A DNA stretch of 64,000 nt from Lingula anatina (GCA_051362555.1 CM120646.1:4216001-4280000); one strand, 5' to 3'. Numbered from the stretch's first letter, positions 1-14,583 are shown. Notes: generated from the sequence alone by a model not told the origin. Numbers and translations: made by a program.

Positions 1-3000
1 ACCCAAAGAGTTGGAAATCCGCCATGGTCGGAAAAAAATCTCATCCCTGGATTAGGATGTAACAAACAAGCAATCAACATATTATATCACCTGTGTTAAG
101 TAGAATGTACAGGAAAGTTGGTGATGATACAAATAAGTTGGAAACAAGAGGAAGTATGGCATTCAATTTAACTAACTGCACTCAGCAAGAGTCCCCGCAG
201 AGTTGGGTACGACCCACGTAGACCAATGTCTATGGGGTATTAGGCTGTGATACCGTGGCTAGTTTCCGCACCAACACAATGATTTCCCAGTTAACCAATG
301 CAATTTAATTCACACTTGAAAATGCTGATAGGATATGGAAGCTACCACTGAGCGTCAGAGAATACAGCCGACATGAACAGTTCATTAATTAAGCTATGAA
401 ACCTGACACTTGCAGCATTTTATTCAACTGCACAATGGGAGGAAAATGCACTGTGGCCGAATAAAGAGGGCTGTACATAGCCTACAAATTAATTCAAGAA
501 TACTAAGTTATACTGCATTTTACCATTGGCAATTTGGTAAAGTGGACAAAAATGGAAGCAAGAATGAAAATTGTCCTGAGCCATACCCTAAGTTTGCAAG
601 ACACGTAATCAAATATATAGAAGTGTTCTTATTTTCTAAGGAGTTCTGAGTTCTCAATATCTTCAAAAGTTTCTCTTATCTATGCAGTCCATGTCTTGTA
701 ATAATAAGCTCTACAAAATAAGGCTATAATTTAGCTACCAAAAGTAAGGGCCTATACCAATACAACAGCTTGGCCTATTTCTACTATAATTAACTTAAAT
801 ATTAGGTGCCTACTGACGGTAAGAATAGTTTCACACCGGACGCACCGGCGTGGTCATTTAATTGACCAGTACCATTAGTTCCTAAAGCATGGCTGTATCA
901 CTGTAATAGAAGCATAATTATGGTGTAGGTAAGTGACTTCAAAGATCTTCTAGACAAAGTTGTAGAATGAGAGGCTGGGTAATTCAGGTAGTGTAACTCT
1001 AGAGAAAAAATATATAAAGATATGGGGGAGAGGATGAACATGTGTCTGTGGAGGTAAAGGTTTACAGACAGCTGGAAAAGACCAAAAATTTGGTTTTACC
1101 TCGACATTGTGCATATTTATCACATAAAAATAATCAATTTCCAGAGGGACCTACGTAACTGAGAGAAATGTCTTGCTCCCTCACAGGTTGGAGAAGAAGT
1201 AACAGACGGAAGATACATATAAAACTTGACAAACCAGTTAAAAAAATACAAAAGATTGCTCACTTCACTGGACTATGACTGGAGACACATTGCTCAAGTT
1301 AAATGATGTCAGAAACAGCTTTGGATGCACGTGTCACCATATTAATGCAACACACAACACAAAAATACCATTCTAGTAAATACACACCAGCTTGTAGAAA
1401 AATACGACATGTGCACATGCACCTGCTTGATGACATCAAAGGAGAAAATGATGATAAACAGCAACAATTACACTCCAAAAAGCCCTAAACCTGATTTATT
1501 GAAAATTAAAATCAAAACAAGACATACATTAAACAACAGGGGAGAAAAATTCCAAACAAAGAAAAATGTCCAAAAAGAGTGCAGCACTGATGAAAACATG
1601 CAGATTGATTTGTGTATATTAATTCATGCTCACGCCATCAAGTATGTCCAGAATAAACTCCTTGTGACACAACAGTAATCACTCTTAATTTTCAAACACC
1701 TAGCTGCTTGTAATTTGCTTCTTAAACATTTTTCTTTTCTAGTCACTCACCAAAAATAAATAAATAAATAAATAAATAAATGAACAAATAAATATATTTT
1801 TTATTTTTTTAAATTAAAAAAATTCCAGGCACAAAACAAACAAGCTTTTCTAAATAAGCGTTTTTAATAAAACAAAGAAATACTTAAGGGGAGAAAATGT
1901 CTTCACTTTGCTTGAATTAACGGAGCCATCACCACAGTACAAAGCCCCTAAGGAAAGCACTGGCTGACGATGCATCTTGTGTCACTGAGCCAGAGGAGGG
2001 CAAAAGGTGACCAAGATACCTAGCTGGTGTTGGAGCACTGACTGACGATCTGTCTTGTGTCACTGAGGTAGAGGAGGGTTAAAGGTGGCTATGTTACCTG
2101 GCCGTTCTCCAGATACAGGTGCATGCAGCAGACAGTGACAGATCAGCCAAGAAACCTTGGGCCCAAATTTAAAGAACTTTAGCACGAAAAATGGTCTTGA
2201 CATTAAGTTTTTTTTTTTCTTTTTTTTTTTTTTTGACCCAAAATAAAAAAGCAACAGTCCAATTAAAATATTTAGTTTGTTTTATAACAGAAAAGAAATG
2301 GCTTATGTATCAGACCAGTGACTTTTTTACTTATAAATGTTTATTTGTACAGATATATATCATATGCTGAGCTGAAGTATATCAATTTCTGGTCTAAGTA
2401 AAGTTTTAAACAAGTTTTTGAGGTTAAGTTATTTTATAAAACGGGCACTGGGAGTGAGAAAGCAATATCCTGCTGTTTTTTTACACCAAACTTATCTACA
2501 CTTCATAACACATCAAATGAATGATCCAACTTATAACAGTTTGATAAATATAATAATAAAAAAAAAAAAAACGCCATAAAATTTACAGTTAGCTAACATT
2601 CCATCCCTCCTCTTCCTGCCAAGGTCTTATCTCACACCACTGATTTATTAATCCGTCCATTCCTTCCCCTATTAAAAAATATGCGTTTATTTCTCATTTA
2701 GATAAGCTGTTGATATGGCATGGTTGAGGGCTGGGATAAAAATTGTGGAGAGTTTGATGACTGAGAGGGATAGAGGGCACCTGTAGTATTATATGACTGT
2801 CATCCTGGTGATTTCTCTGTTGTGAGTCAGACATTCTGAGTAATAGATTGTATCATACCGTAATTATTCAACAAATTCAAACAACACAGATTCATACATT
2901 TTTGTTTGTAATTCAATAAACTGCTGCTTCAAAACTTTTGAAAAGTTATTTGGCTTTGTTTTGAACTTAATAGCCATTATGAGTGTCTGAAAATGATGAA

Positions 3001-6000
3001 TCTTCAAAGAGTAAATTTTAGCAAAAGTTAGGTATTTCAAAATTTTAAGTACTTACTGTACATCAACTGGCTTTATATTATATGAAATAACAAATAAAAT
3101 GTTTGCTATATACCCGTATTATGACTGTAGCATATTAACACAGAATTCTACATAAACTTTCTGGGTTAAACTGCTTAGTGAATATCCAACATTTCATATA
3201 TGACCTCCACCTACTCCCAATGAGGTGAGACAGGTTACAGTGAGTTCACAGTAATATCATCATGACAGTCATAACATCATATACACACACACACTGCTCA
3301 TCTGTTCCGTATGAGTCAGAGCACGCTCTACTTTCATATGACGGTCCATGTCACCACATAATGACCATTAAAAATAAATGTACTTGACAAAGGCTCTGAA
3401 ACATGATATTATAGCGCTAACTTGCGGTACTTTGTTCCTCCGGTTAATGTAGCTTTATCCCTATTTACTGCTACCCAATGAAAATATTCCATGAAGGTAA
3501 AACTCAATACAAATTTGTTTTTGCCTTAATATCAACAAATCTGACCTGGCTGTTCCCTAGAGAAGTAAAAATCTTTTCGCCCACTTTGTCAAATAACCCC
3601 AAAGCCCTAATTTTGAATGTCAAATTGCTGCAAAACAGTGAATTATGAATCTATGTTTTACATGTCTATTAATATTAACATAATTTATGGGATATTCAAA
3701 TAGACTACTTTATTCGTCTGCTTCTTTCAATCCTTTTATGCCACTGACGACAACTACTGACACACCCTTATAAAATAACATGAATATTTACCTGTTTGAC
3801 ACAATGTAAACCATGCCCCCACCTAACTAAAAATGGAACCTTTTATTTTGATAAAAAGCTTTTGAAAGAAGACCGGATTTAATGATACCTGGAAATGTGG
3901 TACAATTGATTGTCCAAAATAACAGATTTCTTTACAGAATATAACTTATATAGTTATCATAGGCTCAAAACAGTAAATACAATTCAGTAAAACAAGCATA
4001 CAAAAATCTATTTTTTTTTTCAACAAAATAGCACAATAACAAAATCAGAAATATGTTAACATATTAATCATGAACCTTTCTTTTCTAGTTTCAACATCCA
4101 CAAGGCCCACCCCACCCACCCCCAGGACAGGGACGTCAAATTCTGTTCACATTCCAGCCCCACCCCCCATCCTGCCAGACCCCCTCAATCATCAAGAGTC
4201 ACACGCCCTCTTAGTGATAACATCTCCTTTGAGAAGGAAACATCTTTTAGCTTAAAAACCACCTGAGGGATACTGAGCACATGCTACAGGCCAGACTCAT
4301 ATTGATCTTGGCTTACTAGTTCATGCATACAAGTTTTGTCTGAGTGAAAACTTCATTGTACTTTTATAAGCAATGCCAATCAAATGTCAGTGATTCCGGT
4401 GTAGAACTGTGAAAATCTACACAAATTTTAACTGCTTCAAAAATACATAAATGAAAAGAGGAGAGAGCATATTAGAGACTCGTTATACTAACATTTAAAA
4501 AATATCACAAATCCATGGATAAAGTTGACCCATATTAACTATGGTGATTCACCCAACGATTTCCTATGTACACATCTTTAATGTGGCTTCAAAAAGATTT
4601 CAGCAATTTATTTTTGTGTCCTGTAATACTATGAGAAAACTGCAGGAGGGTGGAGGCCCCATCTGTTGACATTCCACTAGTCACAACATGCCTCATTCGT
4701 ATTAATGTACCATTAATCAAACAGTAAACAAACAAATGTCATAACTCCACTGTGGATGCCACCACACTACCAATTCTAATGCACATCCATTTATTATTCA
4801 AGCCTGCTCTTGATTTGTTTTGCCATTTTGTATAAATTTATCCCAATAATAATCTTATGACACAACCAAAAGCTCAGTTACTCAAGGGTTACTGTAAATT
4901 TTTACAGCACCTCACATAAATATACAGTCAATTTCTAAACCCCTGGCAGGGTTTTTGCCTTCTTAATTAAGACCAAATGGGAGTTGGGGGCTAGAGAGAC
5001 AAAAAGAGTGAAATCATTTTGCATGAGAAATTAACACTGAAAACCTGTTGGAGAGTGCTGCAACTTAATACAGTTATAAATCACATGCTGTGGAATACTG
5101 GGTCCTAAAATAACAAAAGCCACCACGTGTCAGGTGGCATTTTCCACTAAATTAGATTACTTTTTAAACAATTAAAGCTCAGACATGTTACCACTGGGCT
5201 CTTGAGGCAGATCCAATATATGGCTCTAACACAGCTACACTGTAAATGTACTAGTTAGTAAGTGATATTTTATTTTCAAATTTAGGACAAATCTATTCAT
5301 TGTGTACCAATGAGTTTTACAAAGGCGTATTGTATACCCCCCCACCCCACCCCCACAACCACCTCCAGGCTCAGATAACAAGTCACTAAATCATTGTTCC
5401 CTGTTACAAGCTATAACATCAATGCTATCAATCTTATCTAGCTTCCTAGATCAAAGACAGATTGGGGGATTCCATTACATCACCTTGCAGCAGCGTTGTA
5501 CAAGTCATCAAAATGTGTTGTACAGTATGAGGCAATGATACAAGTTACAGATACAACAGGTATTACAACTATTTGAGTACTTCAAAACTAGCCATGAATA
5601 TGTAGAAAGTATCAGGTGCAAAAATGCAAAATTCCATTTTGTTGCTTTATTCCTTTGCTCCACTTGGACTAACCTACTAGTTATCTATTTTTGTTAATAC
5701 TAAAGACTTCTATAAAGAGGAATGACCCAATTCCAATATAGCATCCTTCTACTCTGGATGTCTTATCATAAATTTATACAACTACTGTACACCACAGCTA
5801 TTAAAGTGCTCTGCATACAAGAAAACCATCCAAAAATCTGTTTACATGTTCAAGGACTGTGTGCTCTATGCTTTACAGTCAGGTATGCGACCTGGACTCC
5901 AACAACAGCCCCCATTCACAGTGGCACACAACACTGGCCCATTGTTATCAGTACACAGAATCTCTTAATTAAGATCTACATGGAAGATAGGGGTAGACTT

Positions 6001-6423
6001 CAGGTAAATAACAACAGTGTGATGGGCTACTGCACACCAGGGGGTTAGACCAGGGGACAATACACCACCATAGACCCCAAACTTGAACTCGTTGTAAACT
6101 CCCTATTCATCCCCAGAATACCAAGTTGTGGAACATTTCACGGTTGTTTAGGTTTGTATGAAATGATGGGATAAAGGAATGAATACACTTTGGTGGCTGG
6201 GTAGACCTTGCTTGGATGTCTGATCACAATGCTTATCTTTGCTCTGCTTTGTGTTTTATCTCTCACTGCAACAGATGGAGATAGCAGCAATAGGGATACC
6301 TTGGAACTCTGTTTATAAATGAGCTCCTTCTTCAATACAAATACCCATAACAAAAACCCTGGAGATATTTCATAAAGGGTGACCTACTTTTCCATGATTT
6401 GAATTTTGATATATAGCACCTAC

Positions 6424-8671
6424 CTTGGACTCTCACTGTGACAGGTGTTGGCAATGGTGATGTTGTCAAACTGTTGGTGGCAAAGCAAATATACTCATAA
6501 GGTCCAGTAGTGGACAGTGTCAGCACAAGCTGAGAGCCAGTAGAGTTGGTATTATCTGGACTGGTCCACACATAGTTTGGACTTGGATTGCCGCTTGCCT
6601 GACAGTTGAGAGTAAAAGTTGTTCCCTGCTCAACTGTAAATGTACCAGTGGATGATGTCACCGTTGGCCCCTGTCGCACTGGGTCTGAAATATGCAATAT
6701 ATTGATAAATAAAATTCTAAAATGTGGATAGAAAAAATTTAATGTCAACATAACATAAGACCCAGTTTCACAAAGTGAAAATATAAGGAGACAGTTTACA
6801 AAGATGTTACAAATAATAAAAAGTCATACGAAAGATGACAATGTGCAATGCAAATTCTTTGTGGGTAACACAGATGAAATAACAATCAAAATTTGTGTAT
6901 GTATTTTTTACAATAACAGTTTCAACATAAACCCATGATGGAATACTTACATTGTACATCCAGTGTATACCTTCCTTGCTTTGTGGAGTCTCCAATCACT
7001 GTAGAGTTTGGTTCAACAACACATGAATACATAACTCCATTATCCTGGTCTGTCGGTGTAATACTCAGAATACTAACTCCATTATAGGTACAATTATCAC
7101 TATTGATATTGGTCTGTAGAGTAAATCCAGCGGTGATTTCTTGAGAGCCTTTGTACCACTTCATGATGCCTGGTGGTCGCCCAATATTACTGGCTGTACA
7201 AGTCAGGGAAGCATTCTGATCTGCTTGCAACTGACTTGATAAGGATGTGATCACGATGTTGTTTCCCAGGAAATCTAGAGAAAAAATAACCAAAGTTCCA
7301 TAAACGACAGCACTCTGAAGCATTTGGAAATTAGAGAAAATTATTTTTAATACTTTCAACCATTCATACTTTACAAAAAAAGAAATGTCTGTCATAAATC
7401 ACAACATATTTTACTACATTACCATTAAGTAATTCTTTTAAAAAAATTAATATTAATGGAATTATGAAACTGATTATTTACACCATTTTGAATTTAATTT
7501 ACAACTTTCATGCCTAATAATCATAAATGAAACTGTTTGAGTTATTCTGTATGACACTAACCAAAAAGATTCACATTGAAACTTGCTGTTCCACTGTCGT
7601 CTTGTAGTGTATTAGTAGTGATATCACAAGCATACTCTGCTATATCACCTGGACACTGTAATCCTGTTACATTTATTGATGTACTGGTACTTGAAGAGGT
7701 GAGAGTGCCCAGTGTCAGACGGTCTTTTATATTTGTGTCACCATACACTGGTGAAAAGTTGGGTGTGAAAGCAGTTGCTATCACAGTAGAACCTTGTCTC
7801 CAGTTTACTTTCAGGATATCAACCCCAGCTGGTGGTGTCCACCGACATGTCAATGTGGTTTGTGATCCTGCTCTGATATAAGTCTGTCCAGATTTCGTCA
7901 CATCAAATGCATTAACTGTTAAATATAAAACACATTTTCAAAATACAATTTTCAATTTCAATTTTTAAGCTTTCTGAATTCAAATTCAATTGGCACTTAG
8001 TATTACCAAATACACTCAGGTTAACACCTTTACAATAAAGGGTCACTGGTCAATGCTGCTTTAGCTCATTGGACTCCTGGTATTATTTGTACATTCTCAA
8101 ATTAAACCATATATTCAAAAATTAATTTCAACTGGGGGTGGGGGGGGGGAGAGAGAGAGAGAGAGAGAGGAGGAGGAGGAGGAAATGGGCAGTGATCACT
8201 GGTACTAGTACTTTTTGAACCTTCTTGATACATGTACTCGTTCTCCATTAGTATATATGTAGCTGTGTATTCCAAAGATAAAAAACACCCATGCTTTAAT
8301 CAAAAACGGTGTATTTTCAAACAGTAAAACTATGGGCCAATCAATCAAGGTCTAACCCTTGTAAAAATAAAAAATCACAAACATAATAAACACCGAGCTC
8401 CCCCACTCTAAGATTTAAAATAGGGTCTCTGAACAGTTTCCAACAAAAACTGAAAAACTGACATATATTTAAACGTCTGGGTTTACCGTTTTATTACCAT
8501 GCTGAAGAAAAAGGGTTGGGTCCACGACCCCAACACAAATGACTGTGAATATAAACACGTTATCAGTTTACTTCAAAATACACACGCGATCACACGTTAC
8601 CTGAAACCAATCAAGTACTAACCTGGGAAAAAAATAACTAAAACGGCAATAAATATCTGTATGAGCTCCAT
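6424..8671 (-). CDS. IgSF receptor copy A (leader, V, C1-like, I/C2); stalk, TM and tail exons not found
   Basis: Exons 8671-8623 (MELIQIFIAVLVIFFP, signal-peptide-like), 7915-7562 (V: LTCRW...VNWRQ...DIAEYAC), 7274-6951 (ASLTCTASNIGRPPGIMKWYK...YSCVV) and 6684-6424 (LNCQASGNPSPNYVW...YICFATN). All junctions are GT-AG, phase 1 and in frame. Similarity to the other copies ends near 6125. Confidence 0.85.
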
Positions 8672-9432
8672 TTTTCTCACGTAGAATCCACAGATCAGTA
8701 TGAAACTTTGAATGGAAGTAACTTGTTTCCGTTAAGTATTTATCCTAGTCGCCATATTGACTCATTCTAACCCAACGTGCCTCAGCGCACCTGTCTGAGC
8801 GACAAGAAATATAATCCCGAAATACACATATAAACCATAAATTTTCTGTTTATTATAATTACTTGAAACGATAACTGATACTTAAGAAACTATATCTTTT
8901 GGTTTAAATTGATAGTTATATCTTGGATTTATCGGTAAAGCAAATTAAAATACATCCCACTGTATCCATCCGCGTGTGTTCGTTTGAATGGTATAGCATT
9001 CGCTCACCTTGTTATCTCAGCTACCGCAATGTGTTTAGTAGCCATGACTTCGGCAGTAAAATTGGGGATATTTCACACAAAAACTGTTAAAATACACAGA
9101 CATCGCTGGTAAATTGTGATTTAATTGACATGTCTGTACTAGTATTTTCTACTATGTCTAAAAAGATTATCAAATACGTTATAGATGGCTAGATCAATAA
9201 ATTTTAAAACAGACATGATATAGGCCTACAGTAGGCCTACACATGTAGATCTATGAAAAAGTAGGGCCCTACAGAATGTATGGTAATATTCATCGGGTCC
9301 ACATACGATGAATTCAGTTTAATGTAAACATGTTAAATTAAAGTATTTCGTATATTTGATAATAATTAATAACAACAGCAATAATGATTTATAGAGCACG
9401 AAAGTGCCTTTACATTTAAAAAGGCTGTTTAA

Positions 9433-9768
9433 AGGGATAATAACTCTTCGTATGAGGTCTATATTTCAGAATAAAAACATTGTGAATAACTCATAGAAAT
9501 ATAATATATTTTGTTTTACGACAAAAACAACAGTTATAGCTATTATTCTGATATCTGAGCTTGTCTTCAGACCACATGACCTCCACTGATGGCTATACTC
9601 TGTTATAGTCTCTTAAGAGATTTTAACAAAAAACCAAACTTTTTAGAAAAAAGCAGGGACTAATTTTGAATGTAAAAATGGATTCATTAACCATTGGTAA
9701 GTATGGGAAAATTGTTGTTTTCTGCAGGAAAATTCATTTTTTGGCCAAAACGAAGAGTTATTATCCCT
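9433..9768. mobile_element. Kolobok-like MITE (TTAA TSD)
   Basis: TIR AGGGATAATAACTCTTCG at both ends, flanked by TTAA. A second copy lies in opposite orientation at 16861-17197. Confidence 0.8.
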
Positions 9769-10146
9769 TTAACCAAGGAGTTATAACTCAAGACAAGAAG
9801 GTCTTAATAGGCTACACCTGCTTAGTTTACAAGTAAACAATAGTTCGTAAACAATATTATACACATGGATGAGATCCCTTCTTTTACAATGCATTGGGAA
9901 TTGTGACGGCACAGATTATATTATTCAAATATTTTGTATGTTTACTATATGTATGGCATTCATGCACTGTGCAAAATGGGAGGGGGTGAGTGATAGGATC
10001 TAATATAGGATTAAAGCTGCATGTCCTACTCTCTTAGATCCTGCAAATTTACCTCAAGTTTTGCTACGCTGATTTTTGCTTAGCAGGCCTACACCCAAGT
10101 AAGTAGTGTATCTCACTTTCCATCACGTCACATGCAGTAGCCTACC

Positions 10147-10380
10147 AGGGGCGGATCTAAGATTATCCCGTAAACCGAGAGGGGGGGGGGGGGGGAGCAA
10201 ACAGTGCCCTTTGGACGGTTTAGAACTATGATTTATGAATTCTATAGTTTCAAAAGGGGAATATTGGTGTGATATATTTTTCCGAATTCTAATTTCAAGA
10301 GGAGAATATTGGTGTGATATATTTTTCAGAAACAGAAATGGCGGCCAGGACCCTCTCTGATCCCCCCTCTAAATCCAACA
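10147..10380. mobile_element. Degenerate MITE-like fragment
   Basis: Begins CAGGGGCGGATCTA, contains a G-run and an internal duplication (aatattggtgtgatatatttt twice). The right end is only weakly complementary. Confidence 0.3.
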
Positions 10381-10933
10381 CCCAAATCCAATATTGAGGT
10401 GCATTTAACATGCTGTAGTGTCAAAAAGAAAAAAAAATTAACGTTGTATTTAATTTTTACTACATATGTATATTACATATGTATATTACATGTGTATAGA
10501 GCAAAAATTCATGACTGTCTCAATTTTCAAATTTTTACTATGTCTTTACATTATGCAAGGAGCCTAAATTGTAACGTGTATACCGGGACATTTAATTTTA
10601 AGTTTAGCATCGTTTTTCGGACTGGAGTTAGTAATCAGACAGACTCTTTCAAATAGGCCAATTTGCGGAAAAGCAAAATTTCAAAAACAAAGAAAGAACT
10701 CTGAGAAAAATATCCATTCCCGCTGATTTTCGAACTTGAGGTTTAGGCCCTATTGTGAGTTTGAGAATAAGGTTTACGTTGCTATCAAAACAGTATCATT
10801 TCACTGTCCTAAATTTTCTTCAACGAATGTCACAGCAATAAGCAATAAGTTCAGTGTGACACTTGACCTCCTCATGTCAAACCTTGTCGAAGTTTTCTGA
10901 ACAAGCACGCTGTTGTTAGGCGAATGGTTAAAC

Positions 10934-10990
10934 ACGGAAGTAATACAGTTCGAGGACAAAGTTGAGGTCAGCTGACACGCAGCGTTCAAA
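10934..10990 (+). promoter_or_regulatory. Conserved proximal promoter/5'UTR block with ETS-like ACGGAAGT and GAGGTCA
   Basis: The same block precedes the leaders of B, C (proximal), E, F (proximal) and H. Function is inferred from position and conservation only. Confidence 0.4.
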
Positions 10991-13900
10991 ATGGGCGACA
11001 AACTGCATAATATTGTGCGGGCACTATGGGTTTACCTGAATTGCTGCCACCAAGGTAAGATTTACGTGGAATTTATGAGTTAGATAAGTTAGCTGCACTA
11101 AAACTCTAGGGGAGACCGGGGCTAATTGGCCCAGTTAGTCTCTTTTGGCCTTGTAGAGCCAACTAGGAATGAGTTAGAGTAACAAAACCGGTTTCAAAGT
11201 AAGCCCCATGAACTAAGCTACTTATGCAACACCATTTTTAAAATATAATGCCAGCTGGCTCACAAATTGACAAAAAACGCAATTGACGTCAGGTTGGCCC
11301 CAGGGTCGTGGCAAGTTGGCCCCTTATACGAAAATGAAGTAAGTATCACATGTAAACGCCTTGAAATACATATTGATACATTTTTTAATTTATTTAATTG
11401 ATTTTGTAGTCTTTGATGAGTTAATAGTTCAAATGAGGCAGATTTATTGAGGTTTCCGTACGTCACGTTGTAGGGGGAGGGGATAAGTGTTGCAAGAACC
11501 AAAATGTCTATCAATAAAATTTGTTTTGTTATAATTAAGGATAAGTTAATAATGGTATAAAGCAGGTGACTGAAAACGAAATTTTCGTTTTAAAAGAAAG
11601 TAACAAATTCAGTTTTAAACCATTGAGTTCGTTTCAACAACGGTCTCTACCTCTGTTGCGCGCAAAGGTTTGTGGGTACTAATATAAGGGTCCGACTTGC
11701 CCCGAGTCAAGGGGGCCAAATAGCCCCGGGTGCACATTTTTTATTTCAAAGGATGGCAGCCATTTATGGTGCTAGAATAAGCAACGCTGATACATCTCTG
11801 TGAAACTTGAAACAATGACCTTCAGTTTGATGTCCTTATACATATATTATATTCGACCAAAAGCCTAAGTAGGCCTAAGTAACAAGCCAGGTGTGATAGG
11901 AATGGTTTTCCTAGGAATGGAAGACCAGGCCCCTATATGATTAATATAGGTTAGGGTTAGTCTTAGTATTGGAGTTAGTAGGGCCTATATGGGACGATGG
12001 CGAACGGACTGCAATTCCTAGCATTCTTGTCACAACGGTCGCATCCGAGATCGCGTTTGCTATTTTTTCTTAGTGTCGGGGAAAGATCGTGTCATTTTTT
12101 CGGTATGTCAAAAAAAATAAATAAATTTTCTTCCAGTTCTTTCGTTTGACGTGACAAAATCTGGAGAGACGTATATCAGAGCAGGATCACAAACCACGTT
12201 GACATGTGGGTGGACAACACCAGCTGGAATTGATCTTCTGAGAGTAAACTGGAGACAAGGTTCTACAGTGATAGCAAGTGCTATCTTACCTAGCTACACA
12301 CCACAGTATCCTGACACTAGTATAAGGGACCGTGTAGCACTGTACACTCTAACCTCCACAAGTACCAGTACATCAATAGCATTAACAGGATTACAGTGTC
12401 CAGGTGATATAGCTGAGTATACCTGTGATGTGGTTAGTACTGCACTGCATGACAGCACTGGAACAGCAAGTTTCAACGTGAATCTATTTGGTTAGTGGCA
12501 TATAGAATAATTAAAATGTTTTCTTTTAAATCCATCTGATAGGTTCAAAATTATTTCATATTTACATTAACATTAGCCTTTGAAAAGCCATTTATATTTA
12601 AGGGTATTTTTTTTTTTTTTTTGCAAAGAACTGAACAATTGTCTTTGTCAGATCTACAGATAGTGTTCATGTATACTTAATTTGATAAATAGTGAATGAT
12701 TCAAATTCTTTTTAAAACCAACTAGTAGTACATTGAATTATTTCCAATATTCAAATGCACAGCAGGGCGCTTGTGATGGTAAACTGATGATCCAACTCTA
12801 GATTTTCTGGGATCCAGTATCCTGATCACATCCTCATCAAGTCAGTTGCAAGCAGGACAGCATGCCTCCCTGACTTGTATAGCCAGTAATATTGGGCGAC
12901 CACCAGGCACCATTAAGTGGCAAAGAGACTCTCAAGAAATCACCACTGGATTTACTCAGCAGACAAGTATCAATAGTGATAATTGTACCTTTAATGGAGT
13001 TAGTATTCTGAGTTTTACACCGACATCCCAGGATGATGAAGTTACGTATAAGTGTGTTGTAGACCCAAACTCTGCAGTGATTGGAGACTCCAGAAAGGAA
13101 GGAATGTATACACTGGATGTACAATGTAAGTATTCTGCTTTATCATAGGATTTGTCTTTAAACTGTTATTTAACAAATATATATAAAACTTTTGACTGTT
13201 AATTCTTCTGCATTATCCACAAAGAACTTGCATTACAGGTTGTTTGTTACCTTTGTATGATTTGTTATTATTTTTAACATCTTCACTGTCTCCGTATATA
13301 TGTATCTTATATTATGTTAACATTAAATTTTTTCTATCTACATTTTAGAATTTTATTTATCAATATATTGCATATTTCAGACCCAGTGCCACAGGTGCCA
13401 AGGGTGACATCATCCACTGGTACATTTACAGTTGAGCAGGGAACAACTTTTACTCTCAACTGTCAGGCAAGCGGCAATCCAAGTCCAAACTATGTATGGA
13501 CCAGTCCAGATAATAACAACACCACTGGCTCTCAGCTTGTGCTGACACTGTCCAATACTGGAACTTATTTGTATACTTGCTTTGCCACCAACAGTTTGAC
13601 GACAACACCATTGCCTACAGGTGTCACAGTGACAGTACAAGGTAGGTGCTATATCAAAATTCAAATCATGGAAAAGTAGGCCACGCTGTATGAAATTTCT
13701 CCAGATTTTTGTTAGTGGTATTTGTGTTTAAGGGGTTCCATGATAAACAGAGTTCCAAGGTATCCCTATTGCTGCTATCTCCATCTGTTGCATTGAGAGA
13801 TAAAACACAAAGCAGAGCAAAGATCAGCATTATTACCAGATATCCAGGCAAGGTCTTCCCAGTCACCAAGGTGCTCATACCTTTATCACACCATGAAATG

Positions 13901-14583
13901 TTTCACAACTAAAAAAAATCTGCCACGAGTGAAATCCACGGCCCCCATGTAAGTCTAGAAATTTACGTTTTGAGCATGGTAACAATTGTCTAAACGGTTT
14001 CGGACAGGACATACCTTTTTTATTAAGGGAAAAGTGCTGAAATTTCCTTTCCTTTTTAAAGTGCAAATGTTATGATTTAGTGACAAACCATCGACTTAGT
14101 CAAAAATGGAAGTCGTTTGTTTTATTAAACTTACAGCCAGTTGATCCAATTTCTTGTTGTCTTATGCTTGATAGAGAAAACTACCACCACAACAACAACA
14201 TCAACGACAACATCAACGACACCAGTAGCAGTAGCATCATCAACAGATACACTCACATGTACAGGAGGCGAGGGTCTACATAGCACAGGTAATTGACGGA
14301 GTAGAATGGAGCTATGTGTTTAATCTTTGACCCAAAATACAATGGATCAAATATTTTAAAACGTATTTGGTGTACTTAAATGCAAAATGTTGTTTTCGTT
14401 GTTTTGTTCAATTTGATGTTGTTTTGCGTCAATGTGCCTTTTTATTTCAAAATTTTGCATGTCTTAGGCGTGTTGGTTGGCGCAGTGGTGGCAGCCGTGG
14501 TGATAACATTTGGGGTCGCGGTTGCTTTATTTGTCCTGTATCATGTAAGTTTATTTAACTTTGGTCTTCTGGCAAGAAAAAAA

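Noticed and set aside
2698-2780. Possible phase-1 terminal exon for copy A (GALYPSQSSNSPQFLSQPSTMPYQQLI*)
   Set aside because: The acceptor has a poor pyrimidine tract and there is no similarity to paralog tails, so it could be chance. Needs transcript data.
1-6100. Short ORFs and an approximately 80-bp tandem duplication near 1958-2090
   Set aside because: No recognisable domains or convincing exon chain; looks intergenic or UTR-like.
7576-7881. Antisense ORFs over Ig exons and over gag/pol (for example 12294, 23280, 30889, 32538)
   Set aside because: Shadow frames of real coding exons with no independent support.
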